Of a stretch of 64,000 nt of DNA, positions 1-10,568 are shown one piece after another. This DNA is from Vicugna vicugna. Lineage: Eukaryota. A model generated the notes under the pieces. That model did no database searches, was not told the DNA's origin, and saw only the letters and a program-made list of their open reading frames with translations. How positions within the stretch are numbered: position 1 is the first letter of the stretch; each line of letters begins with the position of its first letter. The stretch lies in the NCBI GenBank assembly GCA_013265495.1, contig MU058636.1, positions 2,356,001-2,420,000 on the forward strand. The letters run 5' to 3'. The position numbers and the translations under genes were made by a program.

Positions 1-84
1 GCCACACCGGCAAGGAAAGGGACATAAAACAGCCAATGAGTCAGCGCCCCCGTGCCCCCAGAGGCTAGGACACCATTTCTTTGA

Positions 85-534
85 GAAAGTCTCTTACCTA
101 ACCTGGTCACACAACACCCGAGACTTCTGTCCCAGCTCCTGAACCGACCTAATGCGTGTCCCTCTTGCCTAATCTCAGACCCTCAGGACTTGAGTTTAGA
201 ACAGATTTCTTCAAGACTAGGCTCACCCGGCCTTAGAAGTCCCCTTTCCAGTCCATTTGTTTAGCCATCAACTGTCAATCCCAGTCCCTTGGTATGTTCA
301 GGATATAAGGAGGATTTGGTGAGGAAGCCCCTGGAGCTAGCTCTTGCCTTGGGCTTCAGAGATGTCAGCCGTGGCTGGAACCTGGACTCTCTGACCAAGT
401 TAGCCTTCAGGCGATTCATAGAGCCAGCAAGAGAGCGGTCCTTCTGGGAGCTCCTGTGCTTTGAAGAGTGGAGAAGGAGGAGATATAAAGGCTACCTTCC
501 CAAGCACCCAAAGCAGCAGGCCTACCACCCTTAA
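85..534 (+). pseudogene. Candidate pre-gag reading frame in the proviral leader
   Basis: Frame +1 is open over 85-261 and 265-534, with one TAG at 262-264. It ends 14 nt before the gag ATG. Confidence 0.4.
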
Positions 535-548
535 AACGCCGAGACTAA

Positions 549-2120
549 ATGGGAGGCTCGAAGTCGGAACCCACCATCCTAGACTGCATGATTAAGAATA
601 TCTAAAAGGGGTACACAGGAGACTATGGAGTTCGAATGACCCCTGGCAAGCCCTGCACCTTGTGTGAGCTCTAATGGCCGACCTTTGGAGTCGGGTAGTC
701 CTCAGGAGGAACTCTGGACCTAGCAACAATGCGAGCAGTCTATCGAATAATTACTGGAACCCCAGGCCACCCAGACCAATTCCTTTACATTGACTCCTGG
801 ATGAATGTCGCCCAGACTCTACCCCATGGATTCGATTCTGCACAAATGGACCTGGACAATGGAAGATATTAGCAGCCCAGGCGGTCCAGGCCAAGAAGAC
901 AGACAGAGAAAAGCCTATTTTCCAGGGAGACACAGAGGACGAGAAGTGCCTTTCCCCTCTGTATGTCCCTGGGGCACCGACAACTCCCATCCAGCTGGAG
1001 AGACTGCCGCCTCTGTGTCACCACCTCCCCAACCTGAGGATCCAGAGGCAGAGCCCAGCCCCCAGCCTGAGCCGGTAGGAAGGAGACTCCGCTCAGCACA
1101 AGCTGGGAGGCCAGCACCACCGGCCCTCCAATGCCGCTGCGGGAGACACATGGGCCACAGCAAGTTGGGGAAGACGGGACTGTCCAACCCGGGCACCCCG
1201 TACTCTACTACCAACCCTTTAGCACCACAGACCTTCTCAATTGGTGCCATCACACTCCTTCCTACTCTGAAAAGCCGCAGGCTATGTTTGACCTCGTAGA
1301 GTCTATCTTCCACTCTCACTGGCCCACCTGGGAAGATGTCCGCCAGCTGCTTCTGACCCTTTTCAATACAGAGAGGAGGAGACGCGTTCTCACTGAAGCA
1401 TGAAAATGGCTGCGGGGCCGAGCCCCCGGGGACACACTGGATACTGAAGGGTAGGCCATGACACGGGCCCCTGGCACCAGACCAAATTGGGACTTTAACA
1501 CCCAGGAAGGGAGAGAAGCACTGTGTAGGCCATCCTACAAGGGCTAAAGGCGGGATCCAAGAAGCTGACTAATATGTCTAAAACGACCACGGTGACCCAG
1601 AGGCCAGACGGAACCCCCACTGACTTCTGTGAGAGACTATGTGAAGTGTTCCGAGTCTATACTCCATTTGATCCTGAGGCCCAAGAAAACCAGCGGGTGG
1701 TCAACGCTGCCTTCATAGCCCAATCGTGCCCAGATATACGCCAGAAACTCCAGAAACTGGATGGGTTCGCAGAGATGAACTCTACACAGCGGCTGGAAGT
1801 AGCAAACAAGATTTTCATAAATCAAGAGCAGGAAGCCCAACGAGAGGCAGACCGGCGAATGAAGCAGAAAGCTGCACTCCTTGCAGCAGCCCTGGGGAAA
1901 ACGGGCTTCAACCAGAATCCCGCACCACCCTGGAGGAGGGGACCCTGACCCCGGACGCCCTCGAGTCAAGGCCGTGTGCATACTGCCGGGAGACAGGACA
2001 CTGAAGAACAAGTGCCCAAATAGAAAGGATGGGGAGAGAGCACCCCTCAAGAAGCCTGCCTGCCAACTGGAACCGCCAACTGAAAACCTCACTGGACTGG
2101 CCGGAATCGACTCGGAATAG
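549..2120 (+). pseudogene. gag: ERV gag (MA-CA-NC), disrupted
   Basis: ATG at 549 gives MGGSKSEPTILDCMIKNI*KGYTGDYGVRMTPGK...WPTFGVG*...GHPDQFLYIDSW (myristoylation Gly2). CA: YYQPFSTTDLLNW...PTWEDVRQLL. MHR-like: QRPDGTPTDFCERL. One Zn knuckle, CAYCRETGH/KNKC, is frameshifted. Ends at TAG 2118-2120. Confidence 0.95.
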
Positions 2121-2186
2121 GAAGGACCAGGCTCCTTGCCCCTGGCCCCCTGGGAGCCCAAGGTTGAAATGTTGATAGGGGGCCAG
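2118..2186 (+). promoter_or_regulatory. gag-pol amber read-through signal with H-type pseudoknot
   Basis: TAG is in frame with pro. After a 9-nt spacer, stem 1 is GGCTCC (2130-2135)/GGAGCC (2153-2158) and stem 2 is CTGGCCCCCT (2142-2151)/AGGGGGCCAG (2177-2186). Same layout as MLV. Confidence 0.85.
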
Positions 2187-4624
2187 CCAATGACTTTTAT
2201 GGTAGACACAAGATCAGAATATTCTGTGGTGACCCAGCCTATAGCCCCCCTAACCAAGAAAAAGGCGACCATTATAGGGGCTACTGGGGACTCGACTGCC
2301 CGCCATTTCTGCCAACCACGATCCTGCCAAGTAGGGGGCCATCTAGTGACACATGAATTTTTACACTTGCCGGAATGCCCAATACCATCGGAAGAGACCT
2401 TCTGTCTAAATCGGGGTCTCAAATTACCTTCGTCCACAGGAAACAAGCACATCTGATCCTACAGGAAGGGTCTATGATTCTAGCCATCTCGGTTCCCCAA
2501 GAGGAAGAGTGGCGTCTGTATGAGAGTAGAGAACTTCAGGAAAATCCTAACAAACTCCTGGAAGAGTTTCCATTAGTCTGGGCTGAAAATGGACTGCCAG
2601 GCTTGGCACATAATCAGGCACCACTGGTGATTGACCTCAAACCTGGAGCCAGCCCTGTCAGGCAGAAGCAATATCCCATGCCTCGAGAGGCCCACCTAGG
2701 AATCCAGGAGCATATACAGCACCTCTGACAAGAGGGGATCCTAACTGAATGCAGATCCCCTTGGAACACAACATTGCTCCCAGTAAAGAAAGTGGAGGGA
2801 ACAGACTATAGACCAGTTCAGGACCTATGGAAGGTCAACAAAGTAATCATCACCATACACCCAGTGGTGCCAAACCCATATACTCTCCTAGGCCTCATTC
2901 CCACAAGTGCCAGATGGTTCACTTGTCTGGACCTTAAAGACGCTTTCTTCTGCCTTCACCTCTCGCTGGTGAGCCAACCCATATTTGCATTTGAATGGGA
3001 GGATCCTCCTACAGGTAGGAAAACCCAACTGACCAGGACGTGCCTTCCCCAAGGGATTAAAAACTCACCCACCCTGTTAGGAGAGGCGCCAGCTGCAGAC
3101 CTTGTAAAATTCCCTGGGGGAACACCGAGATGCCCCCTGCTCCACTATGTGGATGATTTGTTACTAGCCAGTCCAGATGGAGAAGGTTGTTGGAGAGGAA
3201 CTTGAGTCCTCCTGGAGTTACTCCAGACGACGGGATAGAAGGTCTCATGGAAAAAGGCCCGAATCTGTAAGAAAACAGTCAAATACCTGGGATTCATTAT
3301 CTCAGAAGGACACCGAGCCTTGGGGCCAGAACAAAACCAAGTTATCTGCGCTGTACCGATACCACAAACGAAAAGGAAAATACGGGAGCTCGGGAGCTCT
3401 TGGCGCAGCCGGTTTCTGCTGGGTCTGGATCCCTGGGTTTTCAAGGACAGCCAAGCCCCTCGACGAGGCAACTGCCGGGTCAGGAAAGGAAACCCTCAGG
3501 TGGGGAGCTGAATAGGAGATGCCTTCAGGCAGCGAAACTCTTAACCCAGGCCCCGGTACCGGGCCTGCCAGATGGGACACGGGAATTCAGCCTGCTCATA
3601 CACGAAAGATCGGATTGCCCTCTGAGTCCTGACGCAGCACGTGGGGCCATGGCAGCGCCCAGTGGCCTATTTGTCCAAAAGACTGGACCCAGGATGGCCA
3701 CCCTGTCTGTGGGCCCTCGCTGCCACAGCCCTCCTGGTCAGTGAGGCAGACAAACTCACGCTGGGGCAGACTTTAAACGTAAAAGTGCCCCACTCCGTGG
3801 TGACCCTGATGAATGGCCCATGTATAAGTGGGTAACTACTGCAAGGATGACTCACTACCAGAGGCTTCTATGCGAGAATCCCAGGGTGCGCCTGGAGACT
3901 GCGAACCTTAAACCCAGCCACTCACCTGCCCGAAGGGGAAGGACAGCCTGACCATGACTGTGAGGAAGTCATTGAAGAAGCAGATGCAAGCAGGCCTGAT
4001 CTGACTGACATGCCCCTGCAGAACCCAGGCCTGGAACTCTGTATGAACGGCAGCAGTTACGTGCAAGATGGGCAGTGGCGGGCAGAATATGCCGTCACAA
4101 CAACCTGCGAGGTGATCAAGGCAGAACCCCTTCCCCCAGGATGGTCTGCCCAACTAGCAGAGATTTGGGCTCTAGTCCAGGCACTAAGAGAAGGGAGAGG
4201 AAAGCGAGTCAATATATATACAGACTCCAAATATGCTTTCGCAACCCTACATGTACATGGAGCCATCTGTAAGGAGAGAGGACTCTTGACTGCTGGGGGA
4301 AAGGAAATCAAGAACAAAGAAGAAATTCTACAGTTACTGGAGGCAGTATGGGATCCGAAGGAAGTGGCTGTTATCCATTGTAAGGGACACCAAAAAGGAA
4401 ATGACCCTGTGAGCCAAGCTGTTAAAGTTGCAGGAATCATCCCATGGATTCATCACTCCAGGATTAAGATGGTGACTCCATCCCAGGCAGAAGGTCCCGG
4501 GAGAGCTGAGAGCGTCCTGGGAGATCCACTCAGGCTCAAGATCTGGAGAACCCAGGAGAAAGACTACAAGCCCTACTCTAGCCACACCCGGAGGCTGGCT
4601 AGTCAACGCACGGCTGAAGCTTGA
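2121..4624 (+). pseudogene. pol: ERV pro-pol (protease, RT, RNase H, integrase C-terminal remnant), disrupted
   Basis: PR: FMVDTRSEYSVV (DTG changed to DTR). [37 protein letters not shown]. RNase H: SAQLAE, NIYTDSKYAF, HCKGHQ. IN tail: AVKVAGIIPWIHHSRIK. Confidence 0.96.
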
Positions 4625-4638
4625 GGAAAAACTACTGA

Positions 4639-4815
4639 ATGTACTCCTCTTGTGCCCCCTTACCCCTTTCCTTACTTGCTATATTAGCCTGCCTACTAGC
4701 GGTGGGGCTGTCCAGCACTGCTCCACCTGACTGGAGCATAGGCCAAAAGATCTTGACAGCCCTTTTATACCTTGTTATAACTAGCTCTCTCACGATGGCA
4801 GTGTGTCTAAGATAA
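4639..4815 (+). CDS. Small hydrophobic ORF (58 aa, two predicted membrane helices) between pol and env
   Basis: Hand translation from ATG 4639 to TAA 4813-4815: MYSSCAPLPLSLLAILACLLAVGLSSTAPPDWSIGQKILTALLYLVITSSLTMAVCLR. Shorter than any ORF listed in the track (minimum 60 aa). Confidence 0.5.
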   Translation: MYSSCAPLPLSLLAILACLLAVGLSSTAPPDWSIGQKILTALLYLVITSSLTMAVCLR

Positions 4816-6304
4816 TAATAAGGCTGATGTTACTGGCGCTAATGCCTTCACTTCCTTGGGCTTTGCAATGCACTTGCGTTGAACCAAATACCAACCTGGA
4901 TTCACAGCTTATACCTATCAGCCAAGTCAATGACTCACCTTCAGGGTGCACATATCGGGGCAGGCCCTACTGGATTGGTACGGTCAAGGCTTCCTCTGTA
5001 TCTGGCATCAAGTGCTATGGCACACCAGGCAAGCCGGTGTGCTGGACCAAGCACACACATTATGGGACGAGTGATGGAGGAGGGGTACAAGACCAGGCAC
5101 ACCGGCAAGCAGTCCAACAAGCGGTCCAGAGGCTACATCAGAAATGATTGCCTTGCCGGGAGCCCATAAGACTCCCGCCTTTATCCGAGCCTCGGAATCT
5201 AGCTCCGCAAATAGATGGGCTGTTGGCCGCGGTCCATGGAATTAATCATTCCAATCCAAACCTAGCAAAGGATTGTTGGCTGTGCCTGCTTCTTGGCTCC
5301 ATCCAGCACCTGGCTCTGCCTTTGGCAAACCTCACTAAGGTTTTCACCACGACTAACGATGATGCCGCCTCCACCGCTAGGAGTCCCAGGCTAAACTGGG
5401 TGCAGCTCACCTACAAGGCACCAGAAAGTCATTTCAACAATGGAACCAATCTGTTAGGAGGCTATCTGACCATAAATCAATGTCATAAAACCCCTCACTG
5501 TATGGGTCAGGGCTGCCAACCCACACAGGGATGGTGTTCTAATAACGGGACTTACTTCGTGTGTGATGAGTTTGCCTACCGATGCCTCCCCGCAAATTGG
5601 ACAGGGCTGTGTGCTTCAGCCTACCTCACCCCCGAGGTGGATATTTTGCCCAACAACCAGAGTCTCCCTATTCGGTTGTAGCTCACCAGCATCTGCGGAG
5701 AGTAAAGTGGGCTGTACAACTAACCCCTTTGCTTGTGGGGCTGGGAGTGGCGGCCGGGGTGGGCATGGAAATTGGGGGCATAACCTCATCCTCTTATTAC
5801 TGTTATCAGCTCTCAAGGGAGTTCAATCAGGACTTCCAACACGTGGCAGAAACCCTGGGGGCTCTGCAGAGTCAGACTGACTCCCTGACCAAAGTGGTCT
5901 TACAGAACAGGACAGGTCTGGACCTACTCACGGCCAGAGAGGGGGGACTGTGCCTCTTCCTAAATGAGGAGTGCTGTTTTTATGCCAACCAATCAGGAAT
6001 TGTCAGGGGGATGGTCCAAGAGTTACAGGACCGGGTGGAATGGAGAAAATATATTTTGGACAAGGGCCCATGGATAGGCCCCTGAGGCTGGACCTCCTGG
6101 CTGGCACCATTCATAAGCCCCTTGCTCCTAATCTGTGCAGCTCTACTATTGGGGCCCTGCATCTTAAACGTCCTGACCCGTTTTTTCAGCGAACAGATAG
6201 AGGCTGTAAAGCTCCAGATGTTAGCCTCCAATTATGAGCCTCTGCACCAGATGGAGGATGGTGCCTACTCCACCCTGGGCTGTGAAAACAAGAGGGGGGA
6301 ATGA
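4803..6304 (+). pseudogene. env: ERV env (gamma-type, SDGGG/RDR-group-like SU), disrupted
   Basis: Signal-like N-terminus; SDGGGVQDQAH (5070-5102); in-frame TGA 5145-5147; DCWLCL (~5271-5288); frameshift near 5675; furin site reads RVKW; fusion peptide; ISD LQNRTGLDLLTAREGGLC; CX6CC; TGA at 6083-6085; TM anchor ending LLLGPCILN. Confidence 0.95.
6290..6300 (+). promoter_or_regulatory. Polypurine tract
   Basis: AAGAGGGGGGA lies just before the TG that starts the LTR. Confidence 0.85.
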
Positions 6305-6649
6305 GAAGGACGAGGTGGGCTGGGCCAAGACTGGGCTGGGCTAACTCATGAATTTTAAGTCTCACCTTGCTAGACTGGTTTCGGGTTTCTGCAAGCGACC
6401 CTTTGCTTCCACTTTTATGATATTGCCTAGCTGTACTCAGCCTGTTGTTTGATGGACCCCGAGCTTGTAACCAGCTGCATAAAGCCTCACGCACACGTCC
6501 TAGAGGCACTCAGAGCTTCAGAGCGTAAGCCCCTCTGAATCCGCCGCCGTAATAAACCCGAGTACTGCAGCCTCCGAGTGGTGCTTGTTTCTCGGCTGGC
6601 CTGTCGTTTCCGTAATGTTTCGTCCTATCTTGCTCCCATCCCAGCTACA
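6302..6649 (+). repeat. 3' LTR of the provirus
   Basis: Starts with TG after the PPT. TATA-like CATAAA at ~6478 and AATAAA at 6551-6556. The 3' end is uncertain (about 6617-6649). Confidence 0.75.
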
Positions 6650-7754
6650 TGTCATCCCTCAGTAACTTCTGTCGGAGCAACCACAGTCAGTCTGACTCAA
6701 GGGACTGCCTCTCGCTAATCAAATGAGGCCGATTTTTTCAGCCAAGAGCTCTACCAAGGGTTTTATATTTACACTATTTTATGTATACTATAACCTAAAA
6801 GCCCAGTAATTACAGTGAGGGACTTATCTCTGCAGAAACCAAAATACTGTGTGTCCTCACCGAGCGCAGGGTCCGGCAGACTGCTGCCCTGGGCGAAGTC
6901 CAGCTTGTTGCTGGTTTTGTTTGTTGGAGCACAGCCGCGCCATTCTCGTCTGCATAGTCTGGGGTGCGCTGTGCTAGGACAGCAGGCCTGTAAGTAGCTG
7001 GGACAGACTGTGTAGCCCACAAAGCCGAGCGAGTTTCCTCTGTGGCCATTCACAGAAGTTGCTGGTCCCTGAGGTAGAGCAGTGACGCTCGACCCTGGCC
7101 GCGTACTGCAGTCACCTGAAGAACATCGGGGAAAGTGCTGCTGTTCACCTCCCACTCCCGGCAGCTCTGAGTTAGTCGGCCTGGGCTGCGCCCTGGGCGC
7201 TGGCAGCGGTAAAGCCCCTCAGGCGGTTCTGCCCGGCGGCTGAGACTGGAACCCGCGGGCCTCGGATGAGGCTCGGTGCTTGCATTTGTTTACCTGCCTG
7301 CCCCACACTGGTTGTTTGCCTGTGCGTTTAGGGGTGAGAAGCACGCATCCAGGGCAGCAGTTTCCAGATCTGAATGTATGTCAGTCACCTGAAGGAGGTT
7401 ATTAAAAGAGATTCTAAGACCTTACTCCAGACCAACTGAATTAGAAATCTCCAGAGATTTAAAAAAATTCCTCAGGTGGTTCTGAGATACAGACATGTCT
7501 TTAAAAGAGACTGAACCTAGGGCACCTTCTTATTAGCAAGAGTTTTGGGTACGAAATGAGTAACCAGAGGATTCTTTAGTGAGCACAGCAGCGGAGAAGA
7601 GGGATTTCTTGAGTTGTGCAGTGCAGGCTCTGGATGATCCTACTGAGTGGTCCTGCCTTGTAGAGACAGAAATACACCCTCTCTAGTGATGAAAAGAGTG
7701 TGTCTCTATTAGATATGGTATAGCTAACCCCCCTTGTACAGTGGTGGGGGAAAG

Positions 7755-8193
7755 TGTTGTCAGGGAATAGGTTCTTGCCTCGCACAGGAAGGAATTCAGG
7801 AGCCAGGCATAGTAAAGTGAAAGCAAGTTTATTTAGAGAGACGCGCTCCGTAGACAGAGCGCGCGCCATCTCAGAAAGCAAGAGAGAGCACAGCCACCAG
7901 GGCAGAGTTGTTAGTTTTTACGGGCTCGGTAATTTCATATGCTAATAAGCAGGAGGATTATTCCAACTACTTTGGGGAAGAGATGAGGATTTCCAGGAAA
8001 CATCCCCCGGCCCCCTTTTTGACCTTTTATGGTCAGCCTAGGAACTGTCATGGCACCTGTGGGTGCACCATGAGGCTCAAGGTCTTTTGGAAGTCAAATC
8101 TTCCACCGTCTTTATTCTAACCAGTTTGTCCTGTCCTCAACTGCCCAGTCATTCCTTCAGTGGTTGTGCCCTGCCCACTTCCCTCCTGTCTCA
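7755..8193 (-). mobile_element. Solo LTR, ERV1 (MER41/MER4-like)
   Basis: TG...CA termini; 4-bp TSD AAAG (7751-7754 and 8194-8197); AATAAA on the - strand at ~7828-7833; GAS-like pair at 7971-7999. Confidence 0.8.
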
Positions 8194-10568
8194 AAAGGAA
8201 CATGTTTTTCCTTTTGGTTCCTCTTTATATGGACTTCCTTAGAAACAAGTCATTCCATTAACATTCTTTGTTGAGATAATTAGATAATCAGGTCACATTA
8301 TAGGAGGTTAGATCATAGCTCCTCCCACCCCACCTTGTGTCTTGACTGTATTACCCCATCAGCTCGCGTGCTTCTCTAGGCTCCTCAGTGTCACATTTAC
8401 TAATCATCTCTTAGGATGGATGGTTTGGAGATGGCTAAGCCCATTCGTGCTATATTTCTGCCCTGGGCCACCTCAGTCCAATCCCGATATACTTACTGCA
8501 CCTCAAATGGTTCTTCTCAGGTGAGAAACTGTCTGTTAATCCTCCCACAGTATTAAACAATCCCAGTAGTGTCCCCGTCAGTTCAGGTGGAATGTGTAAA
8601 ATCAGGGGAGGCTGAGCTGGAAGGGACCTTGTTATAGATCTTTTCTAAGCTCAGAAAAAAGCAATCTTGGAGGCAGTTGGGTACAGATAGTGCTAATGTG
8701 GGTTTTTTGCGGGGGGACCCTTCATACTGTACCTGATACAATTCTCGACATTGGATTTATAATCTGTCACGTGTACACTCTAGCTGTGAAGAACGTCAGC
8801 ATTGCCAAATCCACCTCTGTCCAGTACTGTTCCTAGTGGTAGCTAAATAAACTCGGTCAGGTGAAATCTGAGCCTTGCCTCCCTTGTCTATAAAATGGGG
8901 AAAATGAAAATCTACTTTGCAAGATTATTAAGAGGATAAAATAAGTTGATATGGAAAGCATTTCGTAAACTGTAAAGTACTTTTTTTTTCATTTGGGAAG
9001 AGCATTAACAGAAAGTAAAACAAAAGTGAATCAGTCAATCTAAGAATAGCCATAAGACATTAGCCAAACCTAAAAGGAATGGTCTTAGAAATAAGAATTT
9101 CTGGTATTTTAAGTTATGAGTGCCACTTGCTAGTCAAGCAGTCACTGATTACCCTACAGGAAAAGCTGGAAGCAGTGCTATGAAACAGAAGACTCTACTT
9201 TTAAGAGATTACAGAGGAGTTAATCATGTAGGTGTACTTCAAGACATTTGTGTTATTACATATGGAAACTTCGAAGATGGGAGATATTGAAGGACCTGTG
9301 AAAATACTATAAACCAATTTATAATGCATATGGGCTAGCACTAGGTTTCAGTTTACTTGCAAGGCTGGCTTAATGACTATGGCATGGTATCATTGGTTAC
9401 TCTCATAATGCATTAAATATATAACTTTAAATGATTTTTACAAGTGCAAACACAATTTTGTAGTCATTTAGTTCAACATTTATTGAGGAATTGAAGATTG
9501 TTCCTGTCCTCAAGGTGCCCATTGTCAAGTAGGGGAGACAGACTTTACAAGACAAGGGAAAACGCTAGGATGGAAGCACGCACAGAGCGCGGTGGCTGGC
9601 CTGCGGGTGGAAAGCCACACAGGGGAAGCAGAAGCTATGCTTTGGCTGAGACTTGAACGTTTGTGGTGGGGGGTGGGAAGGAAGGCCAAATGGAACACTG
9701 TGTGCTAAGACAGGAGGCCGGAGAAGATGCGGTGTTTTCAGGGACCCTGGCGGTCCCAGGGTGAGTGTAAGGCAGGAAGAAATGGATATCTTTTGAAAGA
9801 AGGAATGAATACTGGCTCTGTAAATACTAATCACTTAACATCATGATTGGCTTTTTACTTGGTTTTTAAATTTCTTTAGAAACTACTTATCTTTTTTTCC
9901 AGTCACCTCTGTTTTACTTATAGAAATATTATCATTCGTGTCACCGATGAAACATACTAGGAAAAGTAAAAACATGGATTCTTTCAAGTGCTTCCCTTTT
10001 GAAGATTTTTGCATCTACTGAAAGCTTTGACTGTCACCAGCACTTTGGCGGGCTCTATAAAACAAAGCATTACCCAAGCAGAGGTAAAACTATATTGTAA
10101 ATATTCAAAACTTCTATCATTTTTCCTATCAGTGAATGAGTCATCATAATTTTCAACAGTTATGCCTTCAAAGTCCTTGAGAGAGGTCAGAAACCCATTT
10201 TGCAGATGAAGAAACTGAAGCAAACAATCTCAATCTCCTGGAGTTTATCAGGGAGATTATCACTTTTGATTGTATCAAGTTTCTTAGTCCAGCCTTATAC
10301 CAATAAATTTGTTTTCTTTTAAGTCCCAAAGTGGTAAGTGTCTTGAGATTTGTTCTCTGTGTTGGAAATATATCACATGATCTTCATAAAGTGCTCAAAG
10401 TGCATGGTACTCCAAGAAGCTAGAGCCAGGAACTATTTCTCTGACTGCTTAGAAGAAAGGACTTGTAGCATTGATTATTCATGAAGTATTGATTGTGGAG
10501 CTAGTTTATATTCTTCAGAAGTAAGAGTGTATGGTATGTGCATTTGGGTTTTTTTGAATCACAACTAA

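Larger units (their letters stand above)
1..6649 (+). mobile_element. Decayed gammaretrovirus-like (ERV1) provirus; 5' LTR and PBS lie upstream of the window
   Basis: Collinear gag, pro, RT, RNase H, IN remnant and env motifs, then a PPT and an LTR. Many stops and frameshifts. The right end is approximate. Confidence 0.97.

Noticed and set aside
1637..2452. 271-aa antisense ORF over gag-pro
   Set aside because: No recognisable motif. Such ORFs are common shadows of GC-rich coding frames.
549..6304. APOBEC3 hypermutation as the cause of proviral decay
   Set aside because: Some stops fit TGG to TAG/TGA, but others fit CpG decay (CGA to TGA) or other changes, and frameshifts are common. It cannot be tested without a consensus.
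4803..6304. Functional syncytin-like full-length env
   Set aside because: Two in-frame stops, a frameshift near 5675 and a broken furin site (RVKW).
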